Assembly: GCA_963708075.1 (NCBI GenBank)
Contig: OY970194.1
Location: 3,840,001-3,904,000 of the forward strand
From: Sedimentisphaerales bacterium
Lineage (GTDB): Bacteria > Planctomycetota > Phycisphaerae > Sedimentisphaerales > Anaerobacaceae
Direction: 5' to 3'
Length of the DNA stretch: 64,000 nt
In this document: positions 9,197 to 19,205 of the stretch, piece by piece
Layout: every line of letters begins with the position of its first letter
How positions within the stretch are numbered: position 1 is the stretch's first letter
Translations under genes and position numbers: made by a program
The notes under the pieces: generated by a model
The model's database searches: none
The model's input: the letters and a program-made list of their open reading frames with translations, nothing else
What the model was told of the DNA's origin: nothing

Positions 9197-11062
9197 ATCT
9201 GGTAGTCCTGAATGTATTGCTTTTCCTGTAGCAGTGAGTGTAGCGCAGACAGGGCGTCGGGATCGACCTTGTCCAAAATGAGGTCGGGCTTGCGCCTGCC
9301 CAGTTGGACCTCGCCGACGTTCACAACGATCAGCTCGCCCGGCTGATTCAACGCGTCGATCGTCTGTAGCTCGAAGTCGTCCAGGTCGGCAATCGACGTG
9401 ATGACAATGAGTCCGGCGTCGGTGAACAGGTGGGCCGTCTCGCCCAGGCGGCGCAGGTACTCCTCTCGGCCGCCCAGGACGTTCAGGTCGGCGTTGAGTC
9501 CCAGCAACTGGTTGCTCAGGCCGAGGTAATAGGCGAGGCGTCCGGAGTTGTGGAGATGCTCTTCGATCGCGCGTCCCAGCGACTCCATGTCGCCGCCTTG
9601 CGGACCGCAGATCACCACCAGGGCCGGCCTCTGTCCGTGACGCGAGGCCCGCTCCTGGGGGCTGATCCCGCTGCGCACCCAGGCCTGGTTCCGCTGCCGC
9701 ACGTGCTCAAGCACGAGGGTGTTGGACGCCTGCTCGGCTGACAGAATCACGCCGCCCCCGGTGATCTCGTAGTCGTCGATGATAACAAACCGTCCGGTCT
9801 GCGGGATCTCGACGGCCGGGTCGCATCCCACGGGCTTGAGCGTCTCCAGCGTCACGTGGGCCACGTCATGGCGCTCGATCTGCCGGCGGTTGGCCACGGT
9901 GCTCAGATCGGAGGCGTCGATGACCGCGTGCACCCGCGTCAGGTACGCCGCCGCACGAGTGGCATGGAGTTTCAACTTGTAGCGTTTGCCCATGACCATC
10001 GGGTTGGGACTCAGCCAGAAGAGGTTCGCCTCCAGCTTGGCGGACGAGCGAGGTTGGGGCTCGTCGGCCCGGACCATCAGCTCGCCGGGCTTGACATACA
10101 CTTGAGTCTGGAGCGTCACGCCGGTGCTTTCGCCGGCCTGGGCTTCCTGACGCTGGGACCGCGGGAAGGTCTCCACGCTGCGGATGCGGGTCCGCTTCCC
10201 GCTGGGTAGAAAGACGACCTCGTCGCCCACGTGCAGCCGGCCGGTTACGATCCTGCCGGCGATGATGCGGCGATCATCCCCCTGCTTCGGTGAACTTGTA
10301 GATATCCTGGACCGGCAGGCGAAGGGGCTTGTCCACAGGCGCGGGCTCCTTCTGCAACTTGTCCAGCAGGTCGAGAATGGTCAGCCCTGTATGCCATGGC
10401 ATGGGCTCTGATCTGCGGGCCACATTGTCGCCCTCGCGGGCACTGATCGGGATGAAGGCCATCGGCTCCAGGCCGATCTTCGCCAGGAATTGGCCGTACT
10501 CATCGCGGACGGCCTCGAATGCCTCCTGTCGATATCCCACAATATCCATCTTGTTGACGCACACCGCGATCTGGCGGATGCCCAGCATGCTCATCAGGTA
10601 GCCGTGCCGGCGGGAGTTCTCCTGCACCCCCTCGGCCACATCGATCACCAGCAGTCCCGCCTCCGCTCGGGCCGCCCCGGAGATCATGTTCTTGAGAAAC
10701 TCGATGTGTCCGGGCGCATCGATGATGATGTACTCTCGCCTGGCGGTATGGAAGAAGCACCTGGCGGAGTCGATGGTGATGCCCTGCGCCTGCTCATCCT
10801 TGAGCGCATCCAGCAGGAAGGCGTACTCGAAAGGCTTGGCATTGCGGTGGCACGCCTGCTTGACCTGCTCCAGCTTACCCTCGGGCAGCGAGCCGGTGTC
10901 GGCCAGGAGCCGGCCGACGAGCGTGCTCTTGCCGTGGTCCACATGGCCGATGACCACAATGTCCATCTGCTCCCGTGCGACTGCGGATTTCAAATTCCCA
11001 ATTTGAGATTCTACGGAGGTCATGCTTTGTCTTCCATTTGTCACGGTCAGCGCCATTGTCAT
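9193..11062 (-). CDS. cysN: Sulfate adenylyltransferase large subunit with a degenerate C-terminal APS-kinase-like domain (one +1 frameshift in the G5 run at 10278-10282)
   Basis: [33 protein letters not shown]; removing one G gives [15 protein letters not shown] and joins to 9193..10230; start uncertain (11062, 11056 or 11023); ends ...IQDYQI. Confidence 0.9.
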
Positions 11063-11116
11063 TGTGCCCTGGTTGCGGTTGCTCAATCCGCAATCCACAA
11101 TCCGAAATCCGCAATC
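10979..11116. repeat. Inverted pair of heptamer tandem arrays at the cysD/cysN junction
   Basis: 11085-11116 AATCCGC-AATCCAC-AATCCGA-AATCCGC-AATC and the degenerate inverted arm 10979-11010 GACTGCGGATTTCAAATTCCCAATTTGAGATT. Confidence 0.75.
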
Positions 11117-11996
11117 ACATATAGCCTTCACGCCGGAGCGTTTCCAGGCCGTAGCCGTCTTCCTTGTCCTGGTCCCGGCCGGAGCGCTCGGCGATATTGG
11201 CGAACTTGCCGCTGCGCAGCTCTTCGATGATCTCGTGGACGTTCCTGGAAGTCGATTGCACCGGCTTGGTGCACGGCCAGCAGCCCAGCGAGCGGTAGCG
11301 TTGCCCCGTACCCTGGTCGAAGTACAGGCTCACCATGGGGATGCTCTCGCGCTCGATATACTCCCAGACGTTCAGCTCCGTCCAGTCCAGCAGCGGGTGA
11401 ATCCGCACGTGCGTGCCGGGGGCGAAGTCGGTCTTGAACTGGTTCCACAACTCGGGCGGCTGGTTCGACACGTCCCAGTCGCTGTGCCGGTCGCGCGGCG
11501 AGAAGTACCGTTCCTTGCTGCGGCTGCCCTCCTCATCGGCCCGGGCGCCGACGATCACACCGGTGAACGGCTCGCCGCCGGTGGTCTTGACGTATTCACC
11601 GGTCTGATGGTCCAGCACCCAACGGGGCCACTCCCCAGAGAGCGTGTGCTTCAGCGCTTCGCTCTTCAACGCCGCGCAGCATTGCAGGCGGGTGCACTGG
11701 CCGTCGGGGAACGTGCGCCTGGCCGACAGGGCCTCGTCGTTGCGGCCGAAGATCATGTTCAGCTTCCACTGCTTGGCCAGGCGGTCGCGATACTCGATCA
11801 TCTCGGGGATCTTGTACTGCGTGTCGATGTGCATCAGCGGCAGCGGCACGTGCCCGAAAAAGGCCTTGCGGGCCAGCCACAGCAGGACTGTGCTATCCTT
11901 GCCGATCGACCAGAGCATCACAAGCTGCTTGAACTCGCGATACGCCTCGCGAAGGATATAGACGCTCTGTGCTTCGAGCTTTTCGAGATGGTCCAT
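11115..11996 (-). CDS. cysD: Sulfate adenylyltransferase small subunit
   Basis: [59 protein letters not shown], ends EGYM; TAATG overlap with cysH. Confidence 0.96.
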   Translation of the reverse strand: MDHLEKLEAQSVYILREAYREFKQLVMLWSIGKDSTVLLWLARKAFFGHVPLPLMHIDTQYKIPEMIEYRDRLAKQWKLNMIFGRNDEALSARRTFPDGQCTRLQCCAALKSEALKHTLSGEWPRWVLDHQTGEYVKTTGGEPFTGVIVGARADEEGSRSKERYFSPRDRHSDWDVSNQPPELWNQFKTDFAPGTHVRIHPLLDWTELNVWEYIERESIPMVSLYFDQGTGQRYRSLGCWPCTKPVQSTSRNVHEIIEELRSGKFANIAERSGRDQDKEDGYGLETLRREGYM

Positions 11997-12733
11997 TAGG
12001 GTCTCCTCCCGGGGATGATCTTGCCATCCTGGATGTGCAGACCGCACTCTTTGTGTTCCGGCTGCTCCCACCACCAGCGGCCGGCGCGGATATCGTCGCC
12101 CGGTTTCACCGCCCGGGTGCAGGGCGCGCAGCCGATGCTGGGAAACCCCTGGTCGTGCAGCGCGTTATAGGGAATCTTATTCGCCCGGATGTACTCCCAC
12201 ACCTGCTGCTCGGTCCAATCGATGAGCGGATTGATTTTGCACAGGCCGAACGTCCGATCCCACTCGACCTTCTGGGTCGACTGGCGCGTCACCGACTGCT
12301 CCCTTCGCAAGCCGCACATCCATGCGTCAGCCGTGGAAAGAACTCGCCTGAGCGGGTTAGTCTTTCGCACAGCACAGCACATCTTCCGAAGCTCCACACT
12401 CTGGTAGAACAGGTTCGGCCCATGCGTGCGGACCATTTCTTCAAGCTCCCGTGTGTCGGGCGCGAGGACCTCGTAGCGGAAACCGTACCGCTGCATCGTC
12501 CGTTCCATGGTTTCGTAAGTCTCGGGAAAGAGCCTGCCCGTGTCGAGGGTGAAAATCCTCGGCCTGGCAGTGACCGCGCACACGAGATGGGTCAGGACCT
12601 GGTCCTCGACGCTCAGGCTCGACGCGAGCACAAGCCGCTCGGCAGGAACAATCCGGAATGCTTCCCTGACCGCTCCTTCGGCATCCTTGCCTTCGATAGC
12701 GTTTTGAAGTCTGGAGAGAAGATCGTTCATCAT
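11996..12733 (-). CDS. cysH: APS reductase ([4Fe-4S]-type CysH)
   Basis: [43 protein letters not shown]; the CC plus CxxC ligands mark the Fe-S, APS-using type. Confidence 0.93.
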   Translation of the reverse strand: MMNDLLSRLQNAIEGKDAEGAVREAFRIVPAERLVLASSLSVEDQVLTHLVCAVTARPRIFTLDTGRLFPETYETMERTMQRYGFRYEVLAPDTRELEEMVRTHGPNLFYQSVELRKMCCAVRKTNPLRRVLSTADAWMCGLRREQSVTRQSTQKVEWDRTFGLCKINPLIDWTEQQVWEYIRANKIPYNALHDQGFPSIGCAPCTRAVKPGDDIRAGRWWWEQPEHKECGLHIQDGKIIPGRRP

Positions 12734-12960
12734 ATTGAATACTCCGGCGGCTTCTCTTGGATGCGGCCGAATGGGAGCCGGTTCCATGCCCGTTCATGCA
12801 GATAGTACAAAGTGACTTTGGTGAACAGCTCAACGATGCCGATGGATAGCGCTATTTTGAGCCTTCCGCTGATGAGGAAAGAGATCACAATAGTATCCAG
12901 CGTGCCGGTCAGTGCGCAGGAGAATGCTTTGAGTATACTGCGATACGCCTTCTCGTGCAT
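12730..12960 (-). CDS. DUF2061-like small membrane protein
   Basis: 76 aa; RSILKAFS...GTLDT...TK..LYYLHERAW pattern; ends ...PPEYSI. Confidence 0.8.
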   Translation of the reverse strand: MHEKAYRSILKAFSCALTGTLDTIVISFLISGRLKIALSIGIVELFTKVTLYYLHERAWNRLPFGRIQEKPPEYSI

Positions 12961-12962
12961 TC

Positions 12963-15713
12963 TCACGCCTTTCGGATAGTCACCGACCAATGATCGGCCG
13001 CCCTGGCCTGATCGAGGACGCGGTGTCCTTCCGCCTCCACGGATCGCGGGACATTCTCAATCGGCTCTCCATCATCGAGAAGCACCTGAAGAACCTGGCC
13101 TGCGTTCAACTGCGACAAGGCCATTTTCGTCTTCACGAAATTCATCGGGCAGGCCACTCCCCGCAGATCCTTGACAAGGTCGATACTCGCAGGCTCTGTT
13201 CTTCCATTCTCTCCGCTCTTTTGCGATGCGGGTGGATGGAACTGCAGGGTGTCATCCATCGACGCGTAGAGGTCTTCGATCTCTTTGGAGAAAGCCAAAG
13301 CCCGGTCGCTGACGGCCGCAAGAGCCTCTGCTCCACTTCGCGAAGCCTCAAGCACCAGCCTGAACCCTCCCGCGACGATACCGGTATCAATGAAACCTCG
13401 CTCGAACAGATCCAGAGCGTCATGGTCGTCAGCCGCCTCGACCCCCCTGGTAATGAGCAGCGCGCGTGCGGCCGTTACTACAAGCCTTCGCAGAATGGCC
13501 AACCTGACGGAAGGATCGCTCTCGGCGTCAAAAGCCGACCGATCCGCTCGCACCTTTTCCAGACCCACCTCGATCAGATCAAAGAGGCCGGCGGCGCATT
13601 CTCCCGTCCCCCTCCCGGCAAGGGAGAACGGCTCCTGGGCGCCCCAGTCGCGATAATAACTCTCATCTTCTTCGATCGTGGGGATGTTGCGATACTTCTC
13701 GCAGATTGCCCGGATGCGAACCTCACCCTCTTTATCGAGGTAGTCCTGGAAAGAGGAAAACGATTCCTTCCGGATTGCATATTCGTGGAGGAATTCCTCG
13801 ACGAAGCGAGGAACATCGTGCGCGCTGATCTCATCGATTCTGTGCGCCAGCGCTGAACCATTTGCCGAATCGATTTTCGCCCCGGCGACGATGGTGTATG
13901 CCGGATAACTGTGGCGGCCTTTACGCACCGCTTTACCGAAGAAACCCAGATCGGCGAGACTATGCCGGCCGCAGGAATTGGAGCAGCCGGAAAAGTGGAG
14001 ACGAAAATCACCCAGGCCGTCCAAATCAATATCCGAAGTCTTCAGCCGGTCGATTGTCGCGCTCAGCGCACCTCTCGAAAGGCAAATCCCGAGCTGGCAG
14101 GTGCTTGCCCCTGCGCAGGCAACAGCATTGGCAAAGAGCCTTGGAGAATCCCAGGACGTGGACACCTTGCGAACCAGCGCGAAGATATTCCCCAGATACT
14201 CCTCCGGAATGTTGCGCAGAGAAATATTCTGGTCGGCCGTGCAGCGTATGGTACTATCGCCGAACACGGCCAGGGCGTCAGCAAGCAGCGCCGCCTTTTC
14301 TGATGTAATATCCCCGAGCGGCAATGGCACGAGAATGGAAGAGAGTCCGCTTTGGCGTTGTGCCGTCACATACCGCTTCTTCCAGAGATCGAAGTCCGCG
14401 GATCGTTCGTCTATTGCAGCGAGTCCTGACGGCACTTGTGCCGTGTCGGACCATACCAGCGGTACAAAGGGGGCGGGGTGCTCCGCCTCAAGGGCAACTC
14501 GCTGTTTCTGATATTCCTCAACGAAACGATCTCTCCCCAGTGTATTCCAGAGAAACCGCAACCGGGCCGAGTGTTTATTTCTGCGGTTGCCGAGTCTTGA
14601 GAACAGGCGTTTGATCGCCTCCGCGACGAGAAAGACTTCGTCTTCCGCAATGAAATCGTGGAGCAATTGTCCGGCCTGAGGCGATCGTCCCATGCCCCCC
14701 GCCACGAATACCCTGAATCCCCGCCGTTTTCCCTTCACCATGGCAATGAACCCCACGTCATTGGCGGTCGCAAATGCGTTGTCAGCCGTGGAATTGGAGA
14801 AGGCAATTTTGAATTTCCGTGGAAGCAGCCATGAATCGCCAAGCGCGATCAGCCGCGAGGTCAATTCGACCGCATGCGGGGTGACATCGAATACCTCGTC
14901 AGCAGCAATGCCGGAGTCACAGGAAGCGATGATGTTGCGCACGGTGTTGCCGCCCCCTCCCCTGCTGGCAAGTCCGACAGCGGAGAGGCCCCTGATCACC
15001 GGGACCATGTTTTCGAGAGGCACGTCGTGCATCTGAATTTCCTGCCGGGTCGTGACGTGAAGCCGTCCGGACGCGAGCCTCGATGACAGATCCGCGATGC
15101 GGCGAAGTTGCCTGGGTGTGATGATTCCGGCCGCGCAGCGAATACGGACCATGAAGCTGCCTTTGGTGCGCTGTTCGTAGACCCCGAACGGGACCCTGCG
15201 GGCTTTGAATTCGGCCGCCGTCACCGTGCCGGAGCGCAACCGGTCGACAAACCCTTCCAGTTCGTTTATTTCCTTTGCGTAGTTCCCGGGAATCGCATAT
15301 GCCAGCATCATTTCTCCTTTGTCCTCGATAATGAGTGTTTCGTCTGTGACTGTTCCCTGACGGATGCGAAAAGCCTTTGCCTCTCGTTGGCCGGGGATCA
15401 GGGACACGATCGCATAGATGATGGCCGGATCGTAGGCGAGCCGGATGTCCTCGGCGGACGGCCGCGCCGGCGACGCAGGATGCGTATGGTAGACGGCCAG
15501 GATTTCGAGCCCCTCGGCGCGGACGTGCCGCAGGGCCGCGAATTGCTCCCGGGGATCAAGCGAAAAATGCTCCGGGCTGCGATCCACGTTCGTCATGGGG
15601 ATGGCCTTCTTCACCTCCCCGGCGGTCCCGGCAAGATAGCCGCACGCCTCGTTGGGCGACTCCCGCTCCCCCTGGGCGAGAATCGCGTCGCTGATGTCTC
15701 TCGGAATCTTCAT
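12963..15713 (-). CDS. JAMM/Mov34 metallopeptidase (HcyD/Mec-like) in frame with a siroheme sulfite reductase and a C-terminal TusA/SirA domain
   Basis: N-term EACG...YHTHPASPARPSAED; middle FGVYEQR, HVTTRQ, NTVRN, LPRKFK, CAGASTC, SGCSNSCG; C-term DLRGVACPMNFVKTK. An internal RBS AAGGAGA with ATG at 15311/15308 means these may be two genes. Confidence 0.88.
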   Translation of the reverse strand: MKIPRDISDAILAQGERESPNEACGYLAGTAGEVKKAIPMTNVDRSPEHFSLDPREQFAALRHVRAEGLEILAVYHTHPASPARPSAEDIRLAYDPAIIYAIVSLIPGQREAKAFRIRQGTVTDETLIIEDKGEMMLAYAIPGNYAKEINELEGFVDRLRSGTVTAAEFKARRVPFGVYEQRTKGSFMVRIRCAAGIITPRQLRRIADLSSRLASGRLHVTTRQEIQMHDVPLENMVPVIRGLSAVGLASRGGGGNTVRNIIASCDSGIAADEVFDVTPHAVELTSRLIALGDSWLLPRKFKIAFSNSTADNAFATANDVGFIAMVKGKRRGFRVFVAGGMGRSPQAGQLLHDFIAEDEVFLVAEAIKRLFSRLGNRRNKHSARLRFLWNTLGRDRFVEEYQKQRVALEAEHPAPFVPLVWSDTAQVPSGLAAIDERSADFDLWKKRYVTAQRQSGLSSILVPLPLGDITSEKAALLADALAVFGDSTIRCTADQNISLRNIPEEYLGNIFALVRKVSTSWDSPRLFANAVACAGASTCQLGICLSRGALSATIDRLKTSDIDLDGLGDFRLHFSGCSNSCGRHSLADLGFFGKAVRKGRHSYPAYTIVAGAKIDSANGSALAHRIDEISAHDVPRFVEEFLHEYAIRKESFSSFQDYLDKEGEVRIRAICEKYRNIPTIEEDESYYRDWGAQEPFSLAGRGTGECAAGLFDLIEVGLEKVRADRSAFDAESDPSVRLAILRRLVVTAARALLITRGVEAADDHDALDLFERGFIDTGIVAGGFRLVLEASRSGAEALAAVSDRALAFSKEIEDLYASMDDTLQFHPPASQKSGENGRTEPASIDLVKDLRGVACPMNFVKTKMALSQLNAGQVLQVLLDDGEPIENVPRSVEAEGHRVLDQARAADHWSVTIRKA

Positions 15714-16522
15714 TGTTCGTGTCTCTTCAAATCGCAAACGGGCTGCTCGTAATCCTCAAGCCGGGTAATCGTCGGGTGCGAGCCGCAGATCGGGCATTCC
15801 GGGTTCCGTTTGATGCGGATCGTCCGAAACTCCATGGATAGGGCGTTGAACGTCAGCAGGCGGCCGGTCAGGAGTTCCCCTTTGGCGATCAGGAACTTGA
15901 TCGCTTCCGCGGCCTGGATCGTCCCCAGCATGCCCGCTACTGCTCCGAGCACCCCCGCCTGGGAGCATGATGGCACGGCGTTCCTCGGCGGCGGACTCAG
16001 GAAGACGCATCGATAGCACGTGCTGCCCGGCACGTACGTCATGGTCTGTCCCTCGAAACGCAGGATCCCGCCGTGCGAGAAGGGCTTGCGAGCCATCACG
16101 CACGCGTCGTTCACGAGGAATTTCGCAGGGAAATTGTCGGTTCCGTCGATCACGAAATCGTAGTCGCGAATGATGTCGAGGACATTATCTGCAAAGACAC
16201 GCTCCTGATACGTCCTGACCGTGATGCCCGGATTGATCTGGAGCATCTTCTCTTTCGCCGAGACGACCTTGGGCGTGCCGATGTCGGGCGTGAAATGAAT
16301 GACTTGTCGCTGCAGATTGCTCCTGTCGACGGCGTCGCCATCGACAATGCCGATAGTGCCGACGCCTGCGGCGGCAAGATAGAGCGCCGCGGGAGCGCCC
16401 AGGCCGCCCGCGCCGACGATCAGGATCCTGCCCTGCAGGATTCTCTCCTGTCCCTCGATGCCGATGTCCCTGAGGATAATGTGTCGGCTGTATCGTTCGA
16501 GCTGTTCGTCATTCAATGGCAT
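15710..16522 (-). CDS. ThiF/MoeB-family sulfur-carrier adenylyltransferase (HcyF-like)
   Basis: RYSRHI, GAGGLG, SNLQRQ, DGTDNF, CYRC, PSCSQAGVLG, CPIC; flanked by the metY-like and JAMM genes. Confidence 0.92.
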   Translation of the reverse strand: MPLNDEQLERYSRHIILRDIGIEGQERILQGRILIVGAGGLGAPAALYLAAAGVGTIGIVDGDAVDRSNLQRQVIHFTPDIGTPKVVSAKEKMLQINPGITVRTYQERVFADNVLDIIRDYDFVIDGTDNFPAKFLVNDACVMARKPFSHGGILRFEGQTMTYVPGSTCYRCVFLSPPPRNAVPSCSQAGVLGAVAGMLGTIQAAEAIKFLIAKGELLTGRLLTFNALSMEFRTIRIKRNPECPICGSHPTITRLEDYEQPVCDLKRHEQ

Positions 16523-16525
16523 GGT

Positions 16526-17752
16526 TCACGCTCCCAGGGCCTGTTCGATATCCGCTTGCAGGTCTTCCACGTCCTCGATGCCAATGGATAGTCGTATCAG
16601 CGTGTCGGGGACGCCCATCTGCCGTTTCAACTCATCCGGGTATTCACTGAAGATTGTCGATGCCGGATGAAGAGCCAGCGTCTTGTTGTCGTTGATATTC
16701 GTCGCCCGGCGGACGAGCTTCAGCTTGTTGAGAAACGAGAAGCAGTCCTTCTTCGACGACAGGTCGAAGGTCAACAGCGCACCGCATCGCTCGCCAAAGA
16801 TGCCTGTTGCCACGCTGTGATGCGGCGAGGTTTTCAGGCCCGGGTAATTGACGCGCTGCACTCGAGAATTGCGGGCCAGATACTCCGCGATGGCCATGGT
16901 GTTCTGGCAGGACTTGTCGGCCCGCAGCGCCAGGGTCTCCAGGCCTATGCTCTGCAGATACGCGCTGTGCGGGGCCAGGCACCCGCCCGTATTGCGGAAC
17001 ACCTCCCGTTTGAGCTTGGTCATAAGGGTAAACGGGCCGCAGCGTCTGGCCTCCTGCTCCAGCTTGGGGTTGTGTCGCCAGTCGTAGGTGCCGTTGTCAA
17101 CGATGATCCCGCCGACCGTCGTGGCGCCGCCGGAGATGAGCTTCGTGCTGGAAAGCACCTCGAGATCGACGCCGAAATCCTTGCTTCGGAAGAAGTACAG
17201 CGGAGTGACGGTGGTATCCGCGATCAGCAGCAGACGATGCTTGCGAGCAATGGTCGAGAGAGCCTGGATATCGGCGACCTCAAGTTGCGGATTGGTGATC
17301 GTCTCGAAGAAGATGGCTCGTGTCCTGTCGTCGACCAGGGCCTCGATAGTATCTGGGCGGGATAGATCGGCATAGCGTACTTCCAGACCCCAGGGACCGA
17401 GCGTCTTTTCCAGAAGGGAGTACGTATTGCCGAAGACGTATCTCGTTGTGATGACATTGTCCCCCTGCCGGGCAATGCTCAGGAACGTGTTTGCGATCGC
17501 CGCCATCCCGGAAGAAACCGCCACCACAGCCAGGGCCCCGGAGATGTGTTTGATCTTCTGCTCCAGGTGCTCGACCGTCGGATTGCTGATCCGCGTGTAC
17601 ATGTGGCGGGGCCGCTTGCCCAGGAACGCCTCCTCAATCTCTTCGGCGGTCTCGAACTCGAAAGAGACCGACTCATAGATCGGCATGTGCAGCGAGCCGT
17701 GGGGATCTTTCCTGAGAAACGGAGCATGTATTGCCCTGGTGGTGAATCCCAT
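16526..17752 (-). CDS. O-acetylhomoserine sulfhydrylase-like PLP enzyme (MetY/MetZ family)
   Basis: YTRISNPT, SSGMAA, ETITNP, SSTKLISG (PLP Lys), LETL.LR, N.ND.KTLALHPAST, IRLSIGIED; ATG at 17752. Confidence 0.88.
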   Translation of the reverse strand: MGFTTRAIHAPFLRKDPHGSLHMPIYESVSFEFETAEEIEEAFLGKRPRHMYTRISNPTVEHLEQKIKHISGALAVVAVSSGMAAIANTFLSIARQGDNVITTRYVFGNTYSLLEKTLGPWGLEVRYADLSRPDTIEALVDDRTRAIFFETITNPQLEVADIQALSTIARKHRLLLIADTTVTPLYFFRSKDFGVDLEVLSSTKLISGGATTVGGIIVDNGTYDWRHNPKLEQEARRCGPFTLMTKLKREVFRNTGGCLAPHSAYLQSIGLETLALRADKSCQNTMAIAEYLARNSRVQRVNYPGLKTSPHHSVATGIFGERCGALLTFDLSSKKDCFSFLNKLKLVRRATNINDNKTLALHPASTIFSEYPDELKRQMGVPDTLIRLSIGIEDVEDLQADIEQALGA

Positions 17753-17756
17753 GATT

Positions 17757-17963
17757 TTATGCCCCTCCGCCCATGAAATAGAGGAAATCGACCTCGTCGT
17801 CTTCTTTGAGCACGGTGGCGCCGTACCGGTCGCGCTGCACAAACTCGCCGTTGAGTTGCACGCTCACCATTTCGGGCTGTTCCACCTTGTTGCGAACGAG
17901 CAGGTCAGCGATACTGAGCCCTGCTTCGATCTCCTGCGCCGCCCCATTGACTTTGATCTTCAT
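17757..17963 (-). CDS. ThiS-like sulfur carrier with a C-terminal Ala cap (HcyS-like)
   Basis: 68 aa MKIKVNG...VSVQLNGEFV...VDFLYFMGGGA; diglycine masked by Ala; JAMM peptidase in the same operon. Confidence 0.9.
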   Translation of the reverse strand: MKIKVNGAAQEIEAGLSIADLLVRNKVEQPEMVSVQLNGEFVQRDRYGATVLKEDDEVDFLYFMGGGA

Positions 17964-18013
17964 GCACAATCCTCATTCCGGGAGTAACGACAGAGACACA
18001 AGATATTACGTCT

Positions 18014-18961
18014 CTACGCTGTGATGTCAGCGAACAGGACCGACGACAGATAGCGCTCGCCGAAGCTGGGTATGATCGCCACGATCACCTTGCCCTTGTT
18101 CTCCGGCCGGGCAGCTACGATGCTCGCTGCCCGCAGCGCCGCCCCACTGGAGATGCCTACGAACAAGCCTTCTTCTTTCGCGGCTCGACGGGCATAATCA
18201 ATGGCCTCGTCCTGATCCACCTGAACGACCTCGTCCACGATCTTGAGATTCAACACCTTCGGGACAAATCCCGCACCGATCCCTTGGATCTTGTGCGGTC
18301 CGGGCTTGACCTCCTGGCCGGCCAGGGTCTGCGACAAAACCGGGCTCTGCGCCGGCTCGACCGCAATGGCCTTGAAGCTCGGCTTACGCGATTTAATCAC
18401 CTCCGCTACGCCGGTGATGGTGCCGCCCGTGCCCACGCCGGAGATCAGGATGTCGGCCTTGCCCTCGGTATCCCTCCAGATCTCCTCTGCGGTCGTCCGC
18501 CGGTGGATCTCCGGGTTCATCGGGTTCTCGAATTGCTGCGGGACAAATGCCCCCTTCTCCGCCTCGGCGATCTCCAAGGCCTTCTTCACCGCGCCTTTCA
18601 TCCCCTCGGCCGCTGGAGTCAGTACGAGCTCAGCACCAAGAGCCTTGAGCACCTTCCTTCGTTCAATGCTCATCGAGTCCGGCATGGTCAAGAGCAGTCG
18701 ATACCCTCGCACAGCGCAGACAAACGCCAGGGCAATACCCGTGTTCCCGCTGGTTGGCTCAACAATGGTCCCGCCCGGCTTGACCTTCCCGGCACGCTCT
18801 GCAGCGTCAATCATCGCCACCCCGATCCTATCCTTGACGGAGGCCAGCGGATTGCGGCTTTCGAGCTTGGCCAGGACGGTCCCGCCAGGAATCAACTTGT
18901 TCACTTGGACGAGAGGCGTCTCGCCTACCGTTGCGACGATGTCTTTGTACGTGCTCGCCAT
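18014..18961 (-). CDS. cysK: Cysteine synthase A (O-acetylserine sulfhydrylase)
   Basis: SVKDRIG (PLP Lys), [50 protein letters not shown]. Confidence 0.97.
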   Translation of the reverse strand: MASTYKDIVATVGETPLVQVNKLIPGGTVLAKLESRNPLASVKDRIGVAMIDAAERAGKVKPGGTIVEPTSGNTGIALAFVCAVRGYRLLLTMPDSMSIERRKVLKALGAELVLTPAAEGMKGAVKKALEIAEAEKGAFVPQQFENPMNPEIHRRTTAEEIWRDTEGKADILISGVGTGGTITGVAEVIKSRKPSFKAIAVEPAQSPVLSQTLAGQEVKPGPHKIQGIGAGFVPKVLNLKIVDEVVQVDQDEAIDYARRAAKEEGLFVGISSGAALRAASIVAARPENKGKVIVAIIPSFGERYLSSVLFADITA

Positions 18962-19031
18962 AATCCATCTCCTTTTCAGACCGTATCAGAGCCGTGACGC
19001 CATCTATAGTATTCCCATAAGAATCATACAC

Positions 19032-19053
19032 CACTATGTCTATGAGTATAGTG
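19032..19053. promoter_or_regulatory. Candidate Rrf2 operator overlapping the cysK -10 box
   Basis: Inverted repeat CACTAT-N10-ATAGTG; a related sequence, CACTATGTCAATG, lies on the minus strand at 19175-19187. Confidence 0.55.
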
Positions 19054-19072
19054 AACATTCAAAATATGTCAA
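19045..19072 (-). promoter_or_regulatory. sigma70 promoter of the cysK operon
   Basis: TTGACA-N16-TATACT on the minus strand in the AT-rich intergenic region. Confidence 0.8.
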
Positions 19073-19176
19073 GCGCTCACCTGCAAGAAAAAATGTGAAA
19101 TGGCTGCAAATCCTTGTTTAATAATGCTTTACAGAAATGTTTTTCTTGCGATAATCGCAAAATAGTCGAATGTCCA

Positions 19177-19205
19177 TTGACATAGTGAGCATTATTCGGG
19201 ACAAT
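19177..19205 (+). promoter_or_regulatory. sigma70 promoter of the Rrf2 gene
   Basis: TTGACA-N17-GACAAT. Confidence 0.7.

Noticed and set aside
10274..10290. Programmed ribosomal frameshift in cysN (and cysW)
   Set aside because: No canonical slippery heptamer; a single homopolymer indel restores the family sequence, as at several other sites.
11085..11116. CRISPR array
   Set aside because: Contiguous 7-mers without spacers; no cas genes; no repeat-spacer array seen anywhere in the window.
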